DNA of 59,941 nt, counting the filler, from Stramenopiles sp. TOSAG23-6 (taxonomy: Eukaryota): NCBI GenBank assembly GCA_900128565.1. It is 11 parts of 11 records of this genome, joined end to end, with 100 filler letters (N's around TTAATTAATTAA, not from the genome) between each part and the next. Parts side by side here need not be neighbours in the genome. Positions count along the whole stretch, not along the records: positions 54,606 to 59,941 come from LT636923.1; 10 more parts are not named here. One strand, written 5' to 3'. The notes under the pieces were generated by a model. The model worked only from the letters and a program-made list of their open reading frames with translations. It was not told the origin of the DNA and ran no database searches. Shown piece after piece: positions 56,642 through 59,941 of this stretch. A program made the position numbers and the translations under genes. The first letter of the stretch is position 1; the number at the start of each line of letters is the position of its first letter.

Positions 56642-58390
56642 TTATACATTTTTGGACGTTTCTTCCATTTCAATGTCAAAGTCGTCAGGTACATTTCTCA
56701 AAATCCAGCGGTCAATTTCATCTTCCATGTCGTCTTTGTCGTGTATCGAAATATCTCCAACTTGAGCCGCTCTTTGTGCTTTCAACTTCTTCGCTTCCTC
56801 TTCAAAACCCCGGACAGAACGCATATGACTTGTTTCGTTTACTTCAGTCAAGAATTCCTTTATTTTGTGTGCTGTTGGTGTGGTCGGTCGTAGTGGACTT
56901 TGTTCCAATGAACTTTCCAGCGCTGCATTACTATTCTTGAGAACAGTTTTATCAGAAAATGTAGATGCAATTGCACGATCAATACCTAAAACATGACCAC
57001 CTAATATATTTCCGACGGCATCACCACGTTCAATAGGTAAATACAACTGCGAATCAATTGGGTTGGAGTGGGTATCAAAGTCAAGAAATTCGGAAATTAC
57101 AGTATCCGATATATCACTAAAACTATCATACTTTTTCATAGGATTAGATACACTAGATAATATAGCTCGGGAGACAGAAAACTCCATTTGAAGACATTCT
57201 GCAATGGAATATTCTACTTTTTTACAACCCCCTATACGTTGCATTGCGTGAGTTAGTTTTAGAGCTAGAGGGGAACGCTCATGGAGTAACACTTGAAGAG
57301 TTTGACTCGCCCAGTCAGCTAACGAATCGCCTGCAGAACCTGAAGCAAGTTGTTCCAATTGTTCGATAATTTCCTCAATACTGTCTTGATTGAAACAAGT
57401 ATCAATTAATTCTAAATGATTTGACAACCAAGTCTCTGGTATAACTGCAGTATCACCTGTAATAGTGTCTCCATGCGTACCGTATGAAATTGCAGTATCA
57501 AAACTGGCTTCAACTAGGCAATCTGCTAGTGTTGAGTTCATACGACTTGATATATTATCAATATCGTCTCTAAGAAATCCTATAGAACCACTTAATACGG
57601 GTGTGTAATGCGTGGCAATACCAGTATGAAGAGCATCCGCTCCAGTTACCCGGGCCCCTGTTAACGATAACCATAGACCTATACCAGACATTCGATCTTC
57701 ATTACCACGAAACTGAAGTCGAGGAAGATTATATGATGCACCCATATCTGGTATCCATCCTATTTCTGTCTCTGGTAATTGAAATATTGTCTTATCAGTA
57801 GCAATGCGAACACGATTTAATAAGGAAAGTGAAGCGGCAGACCCGGATGTTAAGCCATCAAGAAGTGTAATCACTGGTGTCCCGGATGTCGCTAAACGAT
57901 AGCTAAGATAATTCTCCTGTCTTAATATGTCAATAGCTTTATCCAATGAACCATTTTGTACCATTTGTACGAGTGCAGGATGATCACGGCCTCTACAAAA
58001 CACATCAGAACGTTGGTCATTGCTTCCTTGATAACCACCAAGGAAAATAGCCAAAATTTGAGAATTTGGTTCCCAAAGTTCATGAAGGCGTGTTAGTTGC
58101 TGAACGGTAGAAAGATCAAGAACATTATCTCCATTGTTCGTATTTACTTCTGCCATTCTCCATGTAGCATTCCCTTCGGAAATTAGAACCTTCTCGTCTG
58201 ATCGGAAAGGTTGTCGGACAACTTCTTCATCGCGAGATGAGAGAAGACCACGAGACAGAGGATGTTTTTCTTCATCTTTGTTTGTGTCTATATTACTCGT
58301 ACTGAAACTACACGATGATAAAGCTGTCGAGTGACGTAAGTGTGATGCGGATGTGCGCGTAAATGTTCGAACTAATTGTGTGGAAGACAT
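56642..58390 (-). CDS. HIBCH: HIBCH-like (copy 3)
   Basis: Identical to 45770-47518. Confidence 0.75.
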   Translation of the reverse strand: MSSTQLVRTFTRTSASHLRHSTALSSCSFSTSNIDTNKDEEKHPLSRGLLSSRDEEVVRQPFRSDEKVLISEGNATWRMAEVNTNNGDNVLDLSTVQQLTRLHELWEPNSQILAIFLGGYQGSNDQRSDVFCRGRDHPALVQMVQNGSLDKAIDILRQENYLSYRLATSGTPVITLLDGLTSGSAASLSLLNRVRIATDKTIFQLPETEIGWIPDMGASYNLPRLQFRGNEDRMSGIGLWLSLTGARVTGADALHTGIATHYTPVLSGSIGFLRDDIDNISSRMNSTLADCLVEASFDTAISYGTHGDTITGDTAVIPETWLSNHLELIDTCFNQDSIEEIIEQLEQLASGSAGDSLADWASQTLQVLLHERSPLALKLTHAMQRIGGCKKVEYSIAECLQMEFSVSRAILSSVSNPMKKYDSFSDISDTVISEFLDFDTHSNPIDSQLYLPIERGDAVGNILGGHVLGIDRAIASTFSDKTVLKNSNAALESSLEQSPLRPTTPTAHKIKEFLTEVNETSHMRSVRGFEEEAKKLKAQRAAQVGDISIHDKDDMEDEIDRWILRNVPDDFDIEMEETSKNV

Positions 58391-58727
58391 AATCACACCA
58401 ACTTGTTGAATACACTACAAAAGTAATCTGGATATTTTAGTTTTGTTGTGTGTGTTTGCGACTGACTTTTGATTAATTCTAATGCGCCACGTGCTCGAAG
58501 TTAAAATTTTTGACTCGTGTGTTACCCGGTTCCAAAAATAAAGCTGCTTTGATCCATTGAATTCAGATCGTAAACCGTAAAATAAAATTGACAAAAAAAT
58601 GTCATAAAAATTAAATACTACTACGTCAAAGACCGAAAAGACTATTTCCCTGTAAGGGGTAAAGACATACACAATACATACAGTAACATTATTTAAATTC
58701 ACTTCATTTTGAGCAATATTTTTAGCC

Positions 58728-59255
58728 ATGAATGGTCAAATCATGTTTTTCTATCTCTTCATTTTGGGATGGATCAGTTCTAGTGCAATACACGTTGAAA
58801 AGAATTATATTTGTTTGAATCACAATGAAAATCCTGATAATACTTGCTCTGTTCACAAAGACAGAATTTCTTGTACGTCTTCGTATGATACAACACATAA
58901 GAAGTGTTTATATGTGTATAGAAAAGCCGCACAATTAAATGAAACATGTTGTCCAAATAAGAAAGAAGATAATGGGAAATGCGCCGAAAAAATAGGTGGT
59001 CTACAGTGTGATGCAAATTTGTACTGCTACGTTTCCACTTTTCGTGGTGACGTTGGCACCTGCGTCTTACGAAGCAGTGTTGCTTTTATTGGCCAGACAT
59101 GTTGCAAAACAAAAACAGAAGTATGTACAGCACCACACTGTGCGTCAGGATTGACTTGTTATTCTAGCCCATCTTTTTTTGGTACGTGTGGTCGATCGTT
59201 TCCATCTCTTCGAAGTCGAAATGGAGAAAACAGTACACTATTTTCCTGGTTTTGA
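58728..59255 (+). CDS. Secreted Cys-rich protein (copy 3)
   Basis: Identical to 47856-48383. Confidence 0.65.
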   Translation: MNGQIMFFYLFILGWISSSAIHVEKNYICLNHNENPDNTCSVHKDRISCTSSYDTTHKKCLYVYRKAAQLNETCCPNKKEDNGKCAEKIGGLQCDANLYCYVSTFRGDVGTCVLRSSVAFIGQTCCKTKTEVCTAPHCASGLTCYSSPSFFGTCGRSFPSLRSRNGENSTLFSWF

Positions 59256-59941
59256 ATTTAAAAAAAAAATAATACTAGAGAACTGTGTGTAACAAGATCG
59301 TTACAATCCCAATATACATTGGATAACTTGGAAGCTTGTGCATTTGTATACAAAATGATAAAATAATACATTTGCAACTTACATTTCATTCAAATTTCAT
59401 ATTTATTCTTTTATCCTTAGGGTTAGGGTAAAAAGACACATCAGAGGGAAGAAAGATTATTTCTCTCTGGTGTTTTTTTTCCCTTTACATTATCTATGTG
59501 GTTCATTTTGGAACTGTAGCTAGATTGCCTACAATGCAACATAAAGAAAAAACAACAAAAACAAATTTAAATTTAAATTTAAATTTTTTTATAAAACAAT
59601 TAGAAAAAACAAAAACAAATTCATTTATTTTTGTATTTTTGTATGTAACAATTAGAAAAAACAGAAATAATAAAAACAAAATTAAATTTTTTTTTAATTC
59701 ACAAATCAACATGTTAACATAATGTTTAAGTGGTCAAGTTTTACACTTCACAAACAAAAAAAGAACAAAAAAAATACAATTTTTACATTTTGTCATTTTT
59801 TTTTGGACATTACAAATTTTTATTGAGTTTCTAATATTTTTGTTACAATACCAGCCGCAATGTATTGTAAAAAAATATTTTTTTTTTGTAATTTTTTTGT
59901 TAGGTACAAAATTTTTATAAAAAACCAAAAAAAAAAAAAAA

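Larger units (their letters stand above)
43734..59941. repeat. The same 5336-bp contig present three times (43734-49069, 49170-54505, 54606-59941)
   Basis: Identical ORFs at a period of 5436, each copy separated by the artificial spacer. Confidence 0.95.

Noticed and set aside
43734-59941. Tandem gene amplification of SEC61G/HIBCH
   Set aside because: The copies are identical whole contigs separated by artificial spacers, so this is dataset redundancy.

Overview
This window is not one locus. It is a pseudo-scaffold of 11 contigs of about 5.3-5.4 kb, sorted by length and joined by N-TTAATTAATTAA-N spacers. It comes from an AT-rich unicellular eukaryote (probably a protist; the artefacts suggest single-cell amplification). 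Recognisable genes are tRNA-Gln(TTG), PAN2, a REV1-like gene, mitochondrial L7/L12 and mL53, a PHO4 transporter, an FLVCR-like MFS transporter, an ArsJ-associated/gap3-type GAPDH, TRIP4, a TBC Rab-GAP, lipin, Sec61-gamma and a HIBCH-like gene. The main result is a family of about 100-nt, sequence-related introns. They have a GT donor (GTATGT/GTACGT), an internal TTTCGTACGAAA palindrome, a TACCTAAC branch-like motif and an AAATATTTTTT(C/T)ACAATAC-NN end. Restoring conserved protein motifs (lipin DVD|GTITKSD, TBC GY|CQGMN, EF-hand loops, GAPDH) puts the 3' splice site at a non-AG dinucleotide. Of 22 introns with both ends placed by hand, 17 end in AT and one each in AG, GG, TT, CT and AA (the last tentative). 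The frequent AT[GTAT...ATAC]AT layout looks like a transposon-derived introner with a 2-bp target-site duplication. A second highlight is a contig with a 55-nt terminal direct repeat carrying PHO4, an MFS and an arsenate-pathway-type GAPDH. Artefacts include an inverted chimera, a triplicated contig, an Illumina P7 adapter and a GC-rich contig that is probably foreign. All splice junctions are inferred from reading-frame and motif restoration, not from RNA data.
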